64,000 nt of DNA from an uncultured delta proteobacterium (GTDB taxonomy: Bacteria > Desulfobacterota > WTBG01 > CAIYCZ01 > CAIRTM01): positions 32,001-96,000 of the forward strand of contig CAWDSQ010000013.1 of assembly GCA_963804955.1 (NCBI GenBank). The letters run 5' to 3'. Under the pieces are notes generated by a model. The model was not told where the DNA came from. It saw nothing but the letters and a program-made list of their open reading frames with translations, and did not search any database. Position numbers and translations under genes: made by a program. Of this stretch, positions 9,717 through 20,753 are shown piece by piece (the first letter of the stretch is position 1; each line of letters opens with the position of its first letter).

Positions 9717-10967
9717 TTAATCGAGGGAAAAAAGGTGGGATCTGAGATTTGCTTTATTTTTGTTGAGGCTGAGTTTTTTTCGTATACTGTCGCGGTGACC
9801 TTCTACAGTGCGCGTGGAAAGATTGAGCAACTCTGCAATTTCTTTTGTGTTTTTACCATGTTTGATAAAATTTGCCACCTTGATTTCCGTGGGGGTAAGA
9901 TTGAATAATTTAACCTTCTTAAGAAAAGGCGAGATAATGTCATTTACATTATCGGAAATGATTTCAAGATACATTTTCTGTGTATTATCAAGCCGCAGCT
10001 GCTGCATTTTCTCAATATAAGGCGATACCAGTTCCCTGACATTGCTGACCATTTTTTCTTCAAGGGCGAGGCGGTCCTCATCTCGTGCCTTTAATAAAAC
10101 GCGCAAAGCTGTATTGACCTCCTCAAGATTGCGGGTCCGTTCCTCAACCTTTTGCTCAAGATAATCATTAGCCGATTTTATGTCGCGCTCAAAACGCTTG
10201 CGCTCGGTGATGTCGCGCACCGATACGATAATGGACGTGTTTACCTGACTGCTATACTGAATATTGGTTACTTTAGCCTCAACAGGCAATATGGAGCCGT
10301 CCTTGCACTGGTAGAGACATTCAAAATAGTTAGAATAGTCCATGGCATACATTTCCTGAATCATACGCCCGTACTCATCGGAGCCTGATAAATCTGGCGT
10401 GATTTCAATGGCCGGCTTGCCTGTAAGCTCGCCGGCAGAATAGCCGAGCATGTTCAGCAGGGAACTGTTGGCAAATATGATATTGCCGATCTCATCTGTC
10501 ACGTAGATGCCGTCGCCTGCCATATTAAACACATTTTCAAAAAAATCGCGTGAACGCCGCAGCTCATCATGGGCCTTCCTGAGCTCATCATCAGCCTTTT
10601 TGCGCTCAGTGATGTCGCGCACCGACACAATAATGCCGGCCGCAAGTTCGGCCGTGCCGCACATGTTGGCTATTTTTAAATCCACAGGAAGCTGCGTGCC
10701 GTCTTTTTTAAAATATGATGCCTCAAACGTATTTTTTTCATCGTCAAAAGCATTTGTGAAAAAGGCCTCAAAAAGGGCAAAGGAATCCGGAGAGATAAGC
10801 TCGGCTCCGTATCTGCCAATGAGCTCGTCGGGGCTAAAGCCGGTCATGTCGCACATCGCCCTGTTGACCATCATGATGCAGCCCAGTTCGTCGGTGACGT
10901 AAATGCCGTCTGCGGTCATATTGACAATATTTTCGAGGAATTCTTTTGAAGAAGTTACTATCTTCAA
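9717..10967 (-). CDS. PAS-PAS-LuxR-family transcriptional regulator
   Basis: Two PAS domains ending SVRDITERK; C-terminal LTPTEIKVANFIKHGKNTKEIAELLNLSTRTVEGHRDSIRKKL. Confidence 0.92.
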   Translation of the reverse strand: MKIVTSSKEFLENIVNMTADGIYVTDELGCIMMVNRAMCDMTGFSPDELIGRYGAELISPDSFALFEAFFTNAFDDEKNTFEASYFKKDGTQLPVDLKIANMCGTAELAAGIIVSVRDITERKKADDELRKAHDELRRSRDFFENVFNMAGDGIYVTDEIGNIIFANSSLLNMLGYSAGELTGKPAIEITPDLSGSDEYGRMIQEMYAMDYSNYFECLYQCKDGSILPVEAKVTNIQYSSQVNTSIIVSVRDITERKRFERDIKSANDYLEQKVEERTRNLEEVNTALRVLLKARDEDRLALEEKMVSNVRELVSPYIEKMQQLRLDNTQKMYLEIISDNVNDIISPFLKKVKLFNLTPTEIKVANFIKHGKNTKEIAELLNLSTRTVEGHRDSIRKKLSLNKNKANLRSHLFSLD

Positions 10968-11330
10968 TTGCCATGCAGAGCTCCTTCAGCTCAGCCTTCA
11001 GGGCCGTAACGGTGAAATAAGGACATCAGGCACGGACGGAGGACTGAACATGAAAAAAAATTTAAACATTTATAAAATTGATGCGGTACGGCGTACACGC
11101 TGTCATACGCACTGGCTGCCGGCCGCAGCCGGCTTTATGTTGCAAACACTGCCAATTCCGTCGCCATCGGCAGTACGACGGTATCCGTATCAACCAGATC
11201 ACAGACCGGGGGCAGTTGCCGCCTGATTAACTCTATATCCGCTCGTGCCGGCTTCGGCCTTAGTTTTCCGGGTATGTTCAATCGAACCGTTGTACCGGCT
11301 TTTTAACCCCTTAGCTATGAGGTTCTCTGC

Positions 11331-13632
11331 TCACGGCGTGACGCTGACCGGCCCGTAAAATGCGTCTGCGCCGTCAAGCGACCGCTCCAGCCTGTAGTAC
11401 CAGGCAGTGCCCTTTTCAGGCTGACGATCCATATACCGGTACTCTGTGTATGATTCGCGCTTTTTACCTGTGACAATGCCAGAGCTGTCCAGCTTTTCAT
11501 ACGGCCCGGCTTCGGCGGAGGCGCGCTGCAGGGTAAAGTCAGCGGCCTGGCTCTCTCCGACAGCGAACCATACAAGGCGCACCGACCTGAAAAGCGGCCT
11601 GGCTGTAAAGCCGGTTACCATGCCCAGGGCCTGCATCTCGCAAATTTCGTCATGATAGCCGCCGACGCCAGGGTCAGCAATAGCCTCAAGAATGCTCGCA
11701 GCAGCGGCAGTAACAAAATTGCTGCGGATCGGGCCATTGCCCTGCGACAGCAGCGTGCCCGTCAGAATGACGGTTGTGGGCTTTTCAGCGCTGCCTTTTT
11801 TGACCGGTTTGGGCTTGCGCAGGCCGGTTCGTTTCGGGGTGCTTTCCCAGCCGCTGGCATCCATGACCTTCACGGTAAAAAATTCGCTGTCAAAATCTTC
11901 GGCTATGCGATAGGCGCTGCCGTCGCTATCATGCTCCTGGCGCAACCAGGCCTTCCCTCCCCCCGCGCTCTGGAGCTCATGGTTGCCGAGCGTCAGCTCG
12001 CGGAAGTCCGTTAATGTATCAACATTTTCCGCATCCCAGAGAATGGGGATGACAACCACATAATCAAAATTATTATTGCCGTTATCAACCGTCTGCCCCA
12101 GCCCGTTCACATAGCTGCCGTTGATAGCGATGTCTATGTGCTCGCCCGTGCCGGTAATTCCACCCCTGGGGTTGTGCCTGTCGGGAGGGTCTGCGGCGGT
12201 ATCCTCCATCGTCGGCTCGGCAAATTCATTTTCTCCGTGGGCAACTTCATGCCTGCCGGCCCAGTTTTGCACAAGCCAGCTTTCAACCGGTGGCATGACG
12301 CGCTGCGCAAATGCGGCGGAGCGGTTGAAATAGGAGTCGCACTCGGCGCCGTTCTTATAGCCTTTTCCGTAGCCATGGGTGGCAAGAATCACTTTCAGGG
12401 ATGAAGCCGGGCTGATGCTGTATTTTGCTACCGTATGTTTAAGCATGTCTACAACGGCCTGGCCAAAGGCCGGGTAGTCGCCAAAAGAGTTTGCAAACGT
12501 TACCTGTAGCTCAGGCTTCAGCGCTTTAGCCATGCCGTGAATGACCGGGTAGGTCGCTTCAAACTGGCGCCAGGGTTTCTTTGACAGCAGGTTCATGAGA
12601 TCCCTGGTCTTGTCCGGACCCCTGCCGTCGGCAAGGTCATTGATGCAGCCATAATACGTGGCGTTGTCAATGCTGCTTACGCCATGGCCCGCGCTGTCGC
12701 GCCAGCAGTAGCCCCAGTTGGTGACATTGGAATAGTGACCGCCCGTGCCCAGCACGATGATGCGGTCGACCTTTTCATCCTGGATAAGCTCCCGAAGCGC
12801 GGTTTCCGTGCTGTCGGCAATGGGGGCATCAGCGCCGTAGATATCGCGGTTACGCATATAGGCTTCCCATCCCATGCGGTACACGATGGAGGTATCATTG
12901 TCGATGACTTTCGCGACTTCGTCCTTGAGATTTACCAGTTCTTCGACATCGGGTGCGTACCCGTACATATCCGGAATTTCATTGCCGAGAACATACCGCA
13001 GGTACTGCCTGCGGTATGGGTCCCGGAAATCCTGCGCGCTGAACTCATAGTGGTAGGTCATGTAATAAAACGCGTACATTTCAATAAAGTCAGCGACTCC
13101 GATGCCGGGGCCGTCGGGGTCATTGACATGAGGACCGATGATCACCTGGCCGGTAGCCGGGTCAGTGGTGCTGTGGCCCGAGGCGATAAAATACGGGATG
13201 ATGCCCGGGTAGCAAGAGCTTAAATAGCCGCTTGCGCCAAGCAGGCGCTCATCCATGATGGAATGAACAGGGTACTGCTCCGTGTTTTTATACTCATTGC
13301 AGAAAATGTCAATCGGCGTTCCTTCCGAAACCATTTCACCGCGCACCTGGCTGCAGACGGCCGCCTCGACCTCGTTTGCGTAGTGGATCAGGCTGTAGCA
13401 GGTTTCGCCCTCAAAAGGGCCTCCTGTCAGCATGCCCAGGGGTAAAGGCAGGGTAGAAATGCCCGGTATACCCTGGGATCCAGTCGGGCTTGTAGGTTTC
13501 ATCCATGCCGGCGCCTAGCACCAGCACGCCGATTTTTTCACCCGCGGCGCAACAAGCGTCAGAAAAAAAACTTCCCCATAAGCCGGCAGCAATCAAAAGC
13601 AGCAGTGTATTTTTTATCGTATACATATACAC
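11331..13632 (-). CDS. Secreted protein with ferrochelatase/class II chelatase-like fold and C-terminal beta-sandwich; frameshift near 13440
   Basis: ORF 13411..13632 (signal peptide, KIGVLVLGAG) joins ORF 11331..13502 at ...PAFTPG|MLTGGPF; HemH-like motifs occur in the expected order (see findings). Confidence 0.6.
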
Positions 13633-13859
13633 AGTCCTCTCTTTGAATGTAAGTAATTATACCATATGCTGAATAGTTATTGCATAGAGGCAATTAAAAA
13701 TCTGCTCATTCGAGCTTCATTTAATATTTTCCACGCCCAGGAAAGGCAAGGTCATTGCCTTGCTGCGCAGCAAGATCAGCAATACGGAAAATAAAGGATG
13801 CTATAGCATGCGGGGAGGCTTGATGTACAAGGAATAAAAAAAGGGGGTTGCCGAACAGG

Positions 13860-15260
13860 TTAATAGTTGTAGTTCAACATGAAAAACACACGCTGGTCTG
13901 CCCTGCTGCCTGCGCGCAGGTCGGCTGCCATATCAGTGACCGAACTGCGGAGCCCCATAAGGGTAAGCTGCATACTGTCTGTCACGCGCTGTGAATAGGT
14001 AAGAGACATATCAAGCAGGCTGGGATCGCCGGAACGGGAGGCGGGCCCCAAAGCTGCACTGCTCAGTGAAGCGTATTTCAGCCCTGTCGAAAGCGACCAG
14101 CCGGCATCGGCAAGGGAGCCGAGGCTCACATCAACACCAAGGGAGCGGGTTGGCATTTCGAAAGCGTCCAGCTCAGGCCCATGATTGTAATACATGAATG
14201 ATGGCGTAATGCTCATCCATTGAAACGGTTTAATATCGCTGGCTATGCGAATTCCCTGGCTGTAGCTATAGGTTGAATACGCGCTAAACGGATCATACAC
14301 AGAAAGAGCCGCCTCTGAATCATCCCCATAAAGGTCAAATTCGTCTCGAAAGGTACCGATGTGAAGGTTGAAGGATTTTCCCAAAATCGGCCGCACATAA
14401 TCAACCTCGACGGACTGGGGCTTTTTCCCTGGGCTTTTTTTCACAGCACCGCGATCAGCGGCAAAGGGGCTCTTTTCTTTCGAGGAGTAGCGCACGTGCA
14501 TGCCGGCTTCGGGAGTATCTTCCTCATCCTGCTCATCCTGCTGATCCTCCCAATCCGAGAATTCATCAAAAGATCCGGGCCTCACCCCGGCCGTGTGTTC
14601 AAGCCGTTTTGCCGACACCAGACGTTTGCGCCAGTAATCGTCGTCCATGTTTGATATGACGACACCACGCTTTGACTGGGCATGGATGAATTGTCCGTCG
14701 TCAAGATAAATCCCCACATGATTGATTCTCTTCTTTTTTGCCGTGGAAGCAAAGAACACGAGGTCGCCGGTTTTAAGAGCTTTTTCATTGAGCTTTGCAA
14801 ACATGGGAAGCTGGAACTGAGACTGCGCATTATGCGGCAGATCAACCCCGAAATGTTTCCGATACATGCTGCGTGCAAACCCCGAACAGTCAAAGCCGTC
14901 GCCACCGGTACCGCCCCGTTTATAACGGGTGCCCAGATATCTCTCAAGCTCACCTTTAAGCTGATGATCAGCAGCAGGGTTGCTTACAGAAGCGCCTGAG
15001 GCTGGCTTTTTATTATGTAATGAGAAATGTTTGGGGGGTGGGGCGGGGAGTTCGAAATCCCCCAACCTGACGGATTTATTTGCTTTTGCTTTTACTTTTA
15101 ATTGTTTTTTTGCTTTTGATTGTGTTTTAGTTTTAGTGGTTACAGCAGGCTTTTTAACGGCAGATTGCTTCGGAACCGCGGTCTTTTGGCGAGCCTCTGC
15201 TCCTGTAGCCATAAAGGCAACACAAGCAAACAGGACCACTATTTGGATTGTCAGCCGCAT
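13860..15260 (-). CDS. NlpC/P60 peptidoglycan endopeptidase with C-terminal beta-barrel-like domain
   Basis: Signal peptide from 15260 (MRLTIQIVVLFACVAFMATGAEA); YLGTRY..GG...GFDCSGF, GDLVFF, HVGIYL, FIHA catalytic motifs. Confidence 0.85.
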   Translation of the reverse strand: MRLTIQIVVLFACVAFMATGAEARQKTAVPKQSAVKKPAVTTKTKTQSKAKKQLKVKAKANKSVRLGDFELPAPPPKHFSLHNKKPASGASVSNPAADHQLKGELERYLGTRYKRGGTGGDGFDCSGFARSMYRKHFGVDLPHNAQSQFQLPMFAKLNEKALKTGDLVFFASTAKKKRINHVGIYLDDGQFIHAQSKRGVVISNMDDDYWRKRLVSAKRLEHTAGVRPGSFDEFSDWEDQQDEQDEEDTPEAGMHVRYSSKEKSPFAADRGAVKKSPGKKPQSVEVDYVRPILGKSFNLHIGTFRDEFDLYGDDSEAALSVYDPFSAYSTYSYSQGIRIASDIKPFQWMSITPSFMYYNHGPELDAFEMPTRSLGVDVSLGSLADAGWSLSTGLKYASLSSAALGPASRSGDPSLLDMSLTYSQRVTDSMQLTLMGLRSSVTDMAADLRAGSRADQRVFFMLNYNY

Positions 15261-15547
15261 GCAACGTTTACTCTGCCATGCTGCAATCCTTAAGCACGTT
15301 CTTTCTACCTGCACCAATACTCCCGTTTCTCTTACATTAATCTTGCGAGAATACAGCACTAGAGTCAGTATCGCAATCAGTGGTGGATTGAGTCTTGCGC
15401 AAGCACAACAAGAATGCTTGTCCGTTTGGCCTGTTTTTTTACTAAGGGTAAATATAAGCCACCTTAGTAAGTCTTGTCAACTTAAAATCTTTTAATAATG
15501 GCTGTCATAATATTATTATTTAATTTAAAAAATAAAAAAATAACTAA

Positions 15548-16903
15548 TTATCGACAAAATTTAAAACAGGTGAGGTCTGGAGAGACCTTCCGTCGCCGTG
15601 CCAGTTCATAATCATAAACTGTTCGTCCAAGCTCGGCAAGAAAAGGCATACCGACCGACTCATACTCATATCTGCCGTCCTTGAGAACCTTATCGCTATT
15701 CACATAGATAACAGCGCTGAGGAAAAACTCAATGCCACACTCAAAGTCAACGATATAGGCGCAGTCTGAAAGATACCCGTCAGATTTACCGACAATATTA
15801 AAAATTCGCACTGGTCCTGAGCGCATATCGATACGGGAGCCGTATGCATCGCCAAAAACAAAATACTTCTTGTAATTGTCGGGGTATTTCCCGCTTGAAG
15901 CATAGGACTGTATGTCGGACTCTCCGGGCAGCATGCACAAATAGCGGTAGATAAAACGATAATCATCGGTGGTCAGCCCGAAGCGTTGTTGAGAGGGAAA
16001 CATTTCGGGAAACATAACCGACATGAGCATGCTGTTCACGTCGGCAAGGCTCAGGTTGTTGGAATAGGTATAATCAAAAGGCTCGGCTACATATCTGCCC
16101 CTGCAGTCAAGATGGCCCCTGCCCCGTTTTAAATTCGGCAACGGATTGACAAAGGGCTTCAGATTGACCTGCTGGGGCTGGGAATAAACCAGCTGGTTGA
16201 GATCATTATAAAAGAAAAACGGATTGGTGAACCTGTTCTCATCATAGTCGCAGTTGCAGAAACGGCGGATGATGCGCGCATCCGGGTATCCCATGGCGCG
16301 AAGATTTTCCTGAATATATGCCTGACCGAGAAATTCATACAGACGATTATAGGCATCATTGTCGCTGACAAGCAGTACTTTTTTTATATAGTGAGCTATG
16401 CTTGCCCGGCCGCCGGGGGCGGTGGGGTCTTGTGCAACGGCAGTCTGGCAAGCCTGCTGTTTGCCGATGGTAAGGCGCGTACTCTTATCAAGGCCCTGTA
16501 TATTCAGCTGATTGAGTTTTTGCAGAGCCAGGCACAGGACGGGTAGTTTTACCATGCTCGCAGGATTGAAATATGCGCGGGGGTTCAGCCGATACGCATA
16601 CTGCTTGAAAGAGGGCCTGTTGTCCCGGTCGCGGTTGATCTGTGTATAGAGTATCTGAACCTCATAGATGCCGGCATTGTCGAGAATATTCTTGAATTTT
16701 CCGGGCCGCGAGGCAAGCAGTTCAGGCAGCAGGCCGGGCGTGTCATGCACAAGTGGCAATGCCGCTGAGCATCGGGCATTGGCAGGCACAGCTACGTCCG
16801 GCGAAGGCTTCTGCATATCGGAGGATCTGCAGGCACACAGTGCGATTGCCAAAAAACAACAAAGGACTATACCGGTAAACAATTTCTTTATGACCATATT
16901 CAC
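15548..16903 (-). CDS. Serine hydrolase, class A beta-lactamase-like fold, probable lipoprotein
   Basis: PASMVKLP (SxxK), VSDNDAYN (SDN); lipobox-like ALCAC. Confidence 0.8.
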   Translation of the reverse strand: MNMVIKKLFTGIVLCCFLAIALCACRSSDMQKPSPDVAVPANARCSAALPLVHDTPGLLPELLASRPGKFKNILDNAGIYEVQILYTQINRDRDNRPSFKQYAYRLNPRAYFNPASMVKLPVLCLALQKLNQLNIQGLDKSTRLTIGKQQACQTAVAQDPTAPGGRASIAHYIKKVLLVSDNDAYNRLYEFLGQAYIQENLRAMGYPDARIIRRFCNCDYDENRFTNPFFFYNDLNQLVYSQPQQVNLKPFVNPLPNLKRGRGHLDCRGRYVAEPFDYTYSNNLSLADVNSMLMSVMFPEMFPSQQRFGLTTDDYRFIYRYLCMLPGESDIQSYASSGKYPDNYKKYFVFGDAYGSRIDMRSGPVRIFNIVGKSDGYLSDCAYIVDFECGIEFFLSAVIYVNSDKVLKDGRYEYESVGMPFLAELGRTVYDYELARRRKVSPDLTCFKFCR

Positions 16904-18102
16904 GGCTGCGGCTGTATTTTTTTTCTGGCAACCAGCACATTTGATTGGTTTGCATAGCCCAGACGGAAGCCGAGTTTTTTTGAATCCCGGGCATAGGCTT
17001 CCTTCAGATCGCCTTCAAGATGCACCTTAAAAAGCTCTATGGGCCCGGAATAGGCGCCATACAGCCGGATATCCCATGCACCTGCAGCAAAAAACCGGTA
17101 AGGTATGGCTGAATCATCCTGCACAACGGCTGCGCTTTTTTCCAGTATAAGGGAGCGTATTTTTGAAAAATAGTTCTTGTGCATCAGATAGGAGGCTGAT
17201 TTCACATAGGTAGTACAGCCCGGCTGAAGCTGCTCCAGAAAAGACTGCACATTCTTCCTGCGTGCAAGGCCCTTGTCGGAAATATCGGCGCTGATATATA
17301 TAAGACTGCGCAGATGCGTATCACCTTTGCCTTTAAACGTGAACGCAACTCCCCGGGCAGCGTTTTTATTTATGCCGGTATTCCCGGGTCCGGCATCACG
17401 ATACGCGATTGTTCCGTTATCACTCAGGTCAAAAAAACGCATATCCGCTACTTGATTGCCCGTGCGGGCAAGAAAAAGCATCAACACCGGCGCCGTCCCG
17501 GTGATAAGTTTGTGATTGATCTCTTCGGCCATATCGTTTGTCCGAAAAAAGCTGAGGGTGAGAGCATCTGATATGGAGAGATCAAGCATTTTAAAAAAAG
17601 CCCCGAGATTTGCTCCTTGCAGCTTTTCAGGATCCTGAACATACCCAACCGGCTCAAGCCCCACTAAAATATACGTGTCGGAATGAGGGAAAAATGAATG
17701 GGCGTACAGAAAATCCGGGCCGCTGAAGGGATAAAAAAGCGTGCGGCAGTTCCTGGTGATATCCGGTATTTCAGCCCGGGCCCAGTCTGTGATCTTTTTA
17801 ATTTTTGTAGCAGAGAAATGCTTCCATGTACCGCTGGTAACTGAGGCATAATTAATCCAAGTCGCGTTCTTAGTCAGGCTGTACAGCCCGCTTGTATCAG
17901 AAAGCTTCATGCCGGCTAAATATAGAGCAACGTCATTAAACCGGCCAATAGGCGGTTCTGGTGTTTTGACTTCAGCAGAGGCCTGTGGGGTTGAGCTATT
18001 GTCCGGAGCAACCGGCATGACCTGTTGCGCATCGCAGGGCACAGCAGACAGTGAGAGAAGCGCTATCAGCATCAGGCAAGAAAAAATTTTGTTTTTTTTC
18101 AT
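16900..18102 (-). CDS. Secreted hypothetical protein (LFYPFSGPDFL motif)
   Basis: 400-aa ORF with signal peptide, 4-nt overlaps with both neighbours. Confidence 0.75.
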   Translation of the reverse strand: MKKNKIFSCLMLIALLSLSAVPCDAQQVMPVAPDNSSTPQASAEVKTPEPPIGRFNDVALYLAGMKLSDTSGLYSLTKNATWINYASVTSGTWKHFSATKIKKITDWARAEIPDITRNCRTLFYPFSGPDFLYAHSFFPHSDTYILVGLEPVGYVQDPEKLQGANLGAFFKMLDLSISDALTLSFFRTNDMAEEINHKLITGTAPVLMLFLARTGNQVADMRFFDLSDNGTIAYRDAGPGNTGINKNAARGVAFTFKGKGDTHLRSLIYISADISDKGLARRKNVQSFLEQLQPGCTTYVKSASYLMHKNYFSKIRSLILEKSAAVVQDDSAIPYRFFAAGAWDIRLYGAYSGPIELFKVHLEGDLKEAYARDSKKLGFRLGYANQSNVLVARKKIQPQP

Positions 18103-19434
18103 AAAAGCCCCTTCTCCGCATCATTGCGTACAGTATCAGCCCGGCTTATAAAATAAAACACAAGACCGAAAACCATGGTCAGCAGTCCTGCCAGCGAAGC
18201 TATGGGCCGTTCCACAAGCAGATAAACAAGATTCCATCCCATAATCACCAGAAAAATAATCGGCACCACGGGATAGCCCCAGGTCTTATACGGGCGGTAC
18301 AAATCGATAAATCGCCTGCGGCTGACAAAGACTCCCATTACGGCCAGAAACGTACATAAGTTAAGCGCAAAGCCGACATAAATGAGAACTGTTTCAAACG
18401 ACGAGGTAAGTATAAGCACCAGGCTGACCATAGATTGAAACAGCATCGCTGTCAGAGGAACCCCCCGTCTGGTTCGGAAAGAAAAAGGCCTCAGGAGCGG
18501 ATAGTCTTCACCTATAGCTTGCGTTATCCGCGGACCGACAAAAACAAATGAGCTGATGGATGAAACCAGCAGCACAGAAATAATGCACCCGACAATATCC
18601 CTGCCACGGGGGCCAAAAATATTGCCGGCAGAAATATAGCCGACATCGATCTGACCGGCAAGCTCTGTGACCGCTGCTGTTGCAAGAAACGTATAATTAA
18701 GCAGCAGATACAGAACTGCTACCACTGCGGTTCCAAGCAATAATGACAGCGGTAAATTTTTCTGGGGCCGGTCAATCTCGCCTGCAATATAGGCCGATGC
18801 ATTCCAACCCGAAAATGCATACGATACATATACGAGAGAGACAGCAAAAGCAGGAGATGCAAGGTCGTTGAGAAAGCTCTTGTCAAAGACAAGAGGGCAC
18901 GGAAATGCTTGTATGCGAAAAGAACAGTCCGCTGATGACAAAAAAAAGAATCAAAATGATGGTGCAGGATGAGAAGATATTTTGAAAAGATGTGCCGATA
19001 TTGAAACCCGCTACCTGTATAAGCGTAATAACCACGAGCACCGCTACAGCAAGCGTCTGCGGCGATGCTACAGGGAATACGCCTGAAAAATAGGCCCCGA
19101 AAGCCATCGATGCAAGTGCGATAGGCGCCGGGAAGCCGACAAAAACCGAAACCCAGCCTGAAAGAAAACCAACCGACGGATGATAAATTCTGGAGAGATA
19201 CTGATACTCCCCGCCGGAGCGCGGCATGCTTGCCCCAAGCTCGCCATAGACCATTGCTCCGCACAGTGCGGCAAGCGCTCCTATACCCCACAGGAACAGA
19301 ACTGACAGGGGGTGCTTGATGCCTTCAAGCTGAAATCCCAGGGAAGTAAAAACTCCCGTACCTATCATATTAGCGATCACAAGCGCAAAAGCGCCTGCAA
19401 CACTGACTTTCCGAGAAACATTTTCAACTGCCAC
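18099..19434 (-). CDS. APC-family amino acid permease; frameshift near 18900
   Basis: VIANMIGTGVFTSLG, YGELG..MPRSGGEY, YAFSGWNAS.YIAGE, RPYKTWGYP split across ORFs 18883..19434 and 18099..18941. Confidence 0.9.
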
Positions 19435-19606
19435 ACACCACCGCTTTATCAGGATACCTGCACATTTTTACATGTTTAAGGCCTGAACATCTTGTCGCAC
19501 CGATGGATTACAAGACGAACAGATTTGAAATACGACCCTATTAAAATGCCTCTCCGTACAACTATACAATGCGGTAATAATATACGACCTGCGCTATGAA
19601 TACTCG

Positions 19607-19972
19607 TTACATCATTGACAGGCTTTTGATCTCCTTGCGGTTGGCCTCAACATATATCTTTATTTTTTCCTGATGCTCGGGCAGGATTTTAGTAAACTGT
19701 ATGCCCATACCTGCAGGAAAAACTTTTGATTTTGCATTTGTCCATACCACGCGGCCTTCAATAGTCATGGTATCCTGATCATCCGGCAACCGTATATGCA
19801 TCGTAACTTCAGCATCGATAGCCAGGGGTTTATCCGTCTTCAGGAAAAGGCCGCCATTGTTAACATTCAGCATATAAGATCTTACAAAAGAACCCTTTTC
19901 CCGGAACTTTATTTCTATATTTGTTGCTATACGGGGGCTTTCTCGTGAATCCTTACCCATTCTATACTCCAT
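19607..19972 (-). CDS. PilZ-domain protein (TIGR02266-like)
   Basis: RESPR, NVNNGGLFLKT, GRVVW, GMGIQF. Confidence 0.85.
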   Translation of the reverse strand: MEYRMGKDSRESPRIATNIEIKFREKGSFVRSYMLNVNNGGLFLKTDKPLAIDAEVTMHIRLPDDQDTMTIEGRVVWTNAKSKVFPAGMGIQFTKILPEHQEKIKIYVEANRKEIKSLSMM

Positions 19973-20365
19973 AAAAATTATTTGAGGTGTTGCTATTTGT
20001 GATATACTTCAAACAAACATTACACATACTGAGGGGCTCTCGTTGTTCTATAAAAAAAATCTAAGATATGTTTGAACGCCGTGCCCACATACAATTTAAG
20101 CACATTGTCTCCACACAACCATTATCTGAGGGTAAGGGTTTTTCATGACAAACATCAGGCTTGACCGTAACAATTCCATGATATAATAAGTGAAAGATTG
20201 AGGGCAGTCAATGATAAATCAGACAGCTCACGGGAGTTGTTATTTCGCACAGAGTGCATAGAAACAGGCACTGTATATTAATAGAGTCCTGAAATAATAC
20301 TATTACAGGAGCACTAGGACTGTTATTTATTATAAATGCAACCCCACACATATGCCGAGGTGTAC

Positions 20366-20701
20366 ATGGATACTAAAAGCACAAAGAACTCCCATTCCAC
20401 CGTCAAAATTGAAGGGAACCTCGATGGTCAGAAATCCGATGAGCTGATGATCGCTGTTGAACAAAAGATTCTTCCCGGCAATGTCGATATCCTTGTTGAT
20501 TTAGAAAATGTCGAATACATCTCCAGCATGGGCATCGGAACGCTTATTTCACTCTACCGTGATATAAAGGAAAAAAACGGGCGCCTGGTCATTTACGGCA
20601 TCAGGGATGTTGTAAAAGATATTTTTGACCGTACGCATCTTAACAAACGGCTGCTCATATGCGATACTGAAAAAGAGGCTCTTGATCTGCTGTATAAATA
20701 A
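20366..20701 (+). CDS. STAS-domain anti-sigma factor antagonist
   Basis: IEGNLD, VDLENVEYISSMGIG (phosphorylatable Ser). Confidence 0.9.
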   Translation: MDTKSTKNSHSTVKIEGNLDGQKSDELMIAVEQKILPGNVDILVDLENVEYISSMGIGTLISLYRDIKEKNGRLVIYGIRDVVKDIFDRTHLNKRLLICDTEKEALDLLYK

Positions 20702-20753
20702 ACATAATTGACCAAAAAGTGCTGCGCACGCGGCATACTGACCATAGCACATA

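Noticed and set aside
11040..11310. Riboswitch upstream of the PAS-LuxR gene
   Set aside because: Several short GC palindromes but no recognisable aptamer consensus or terminator.
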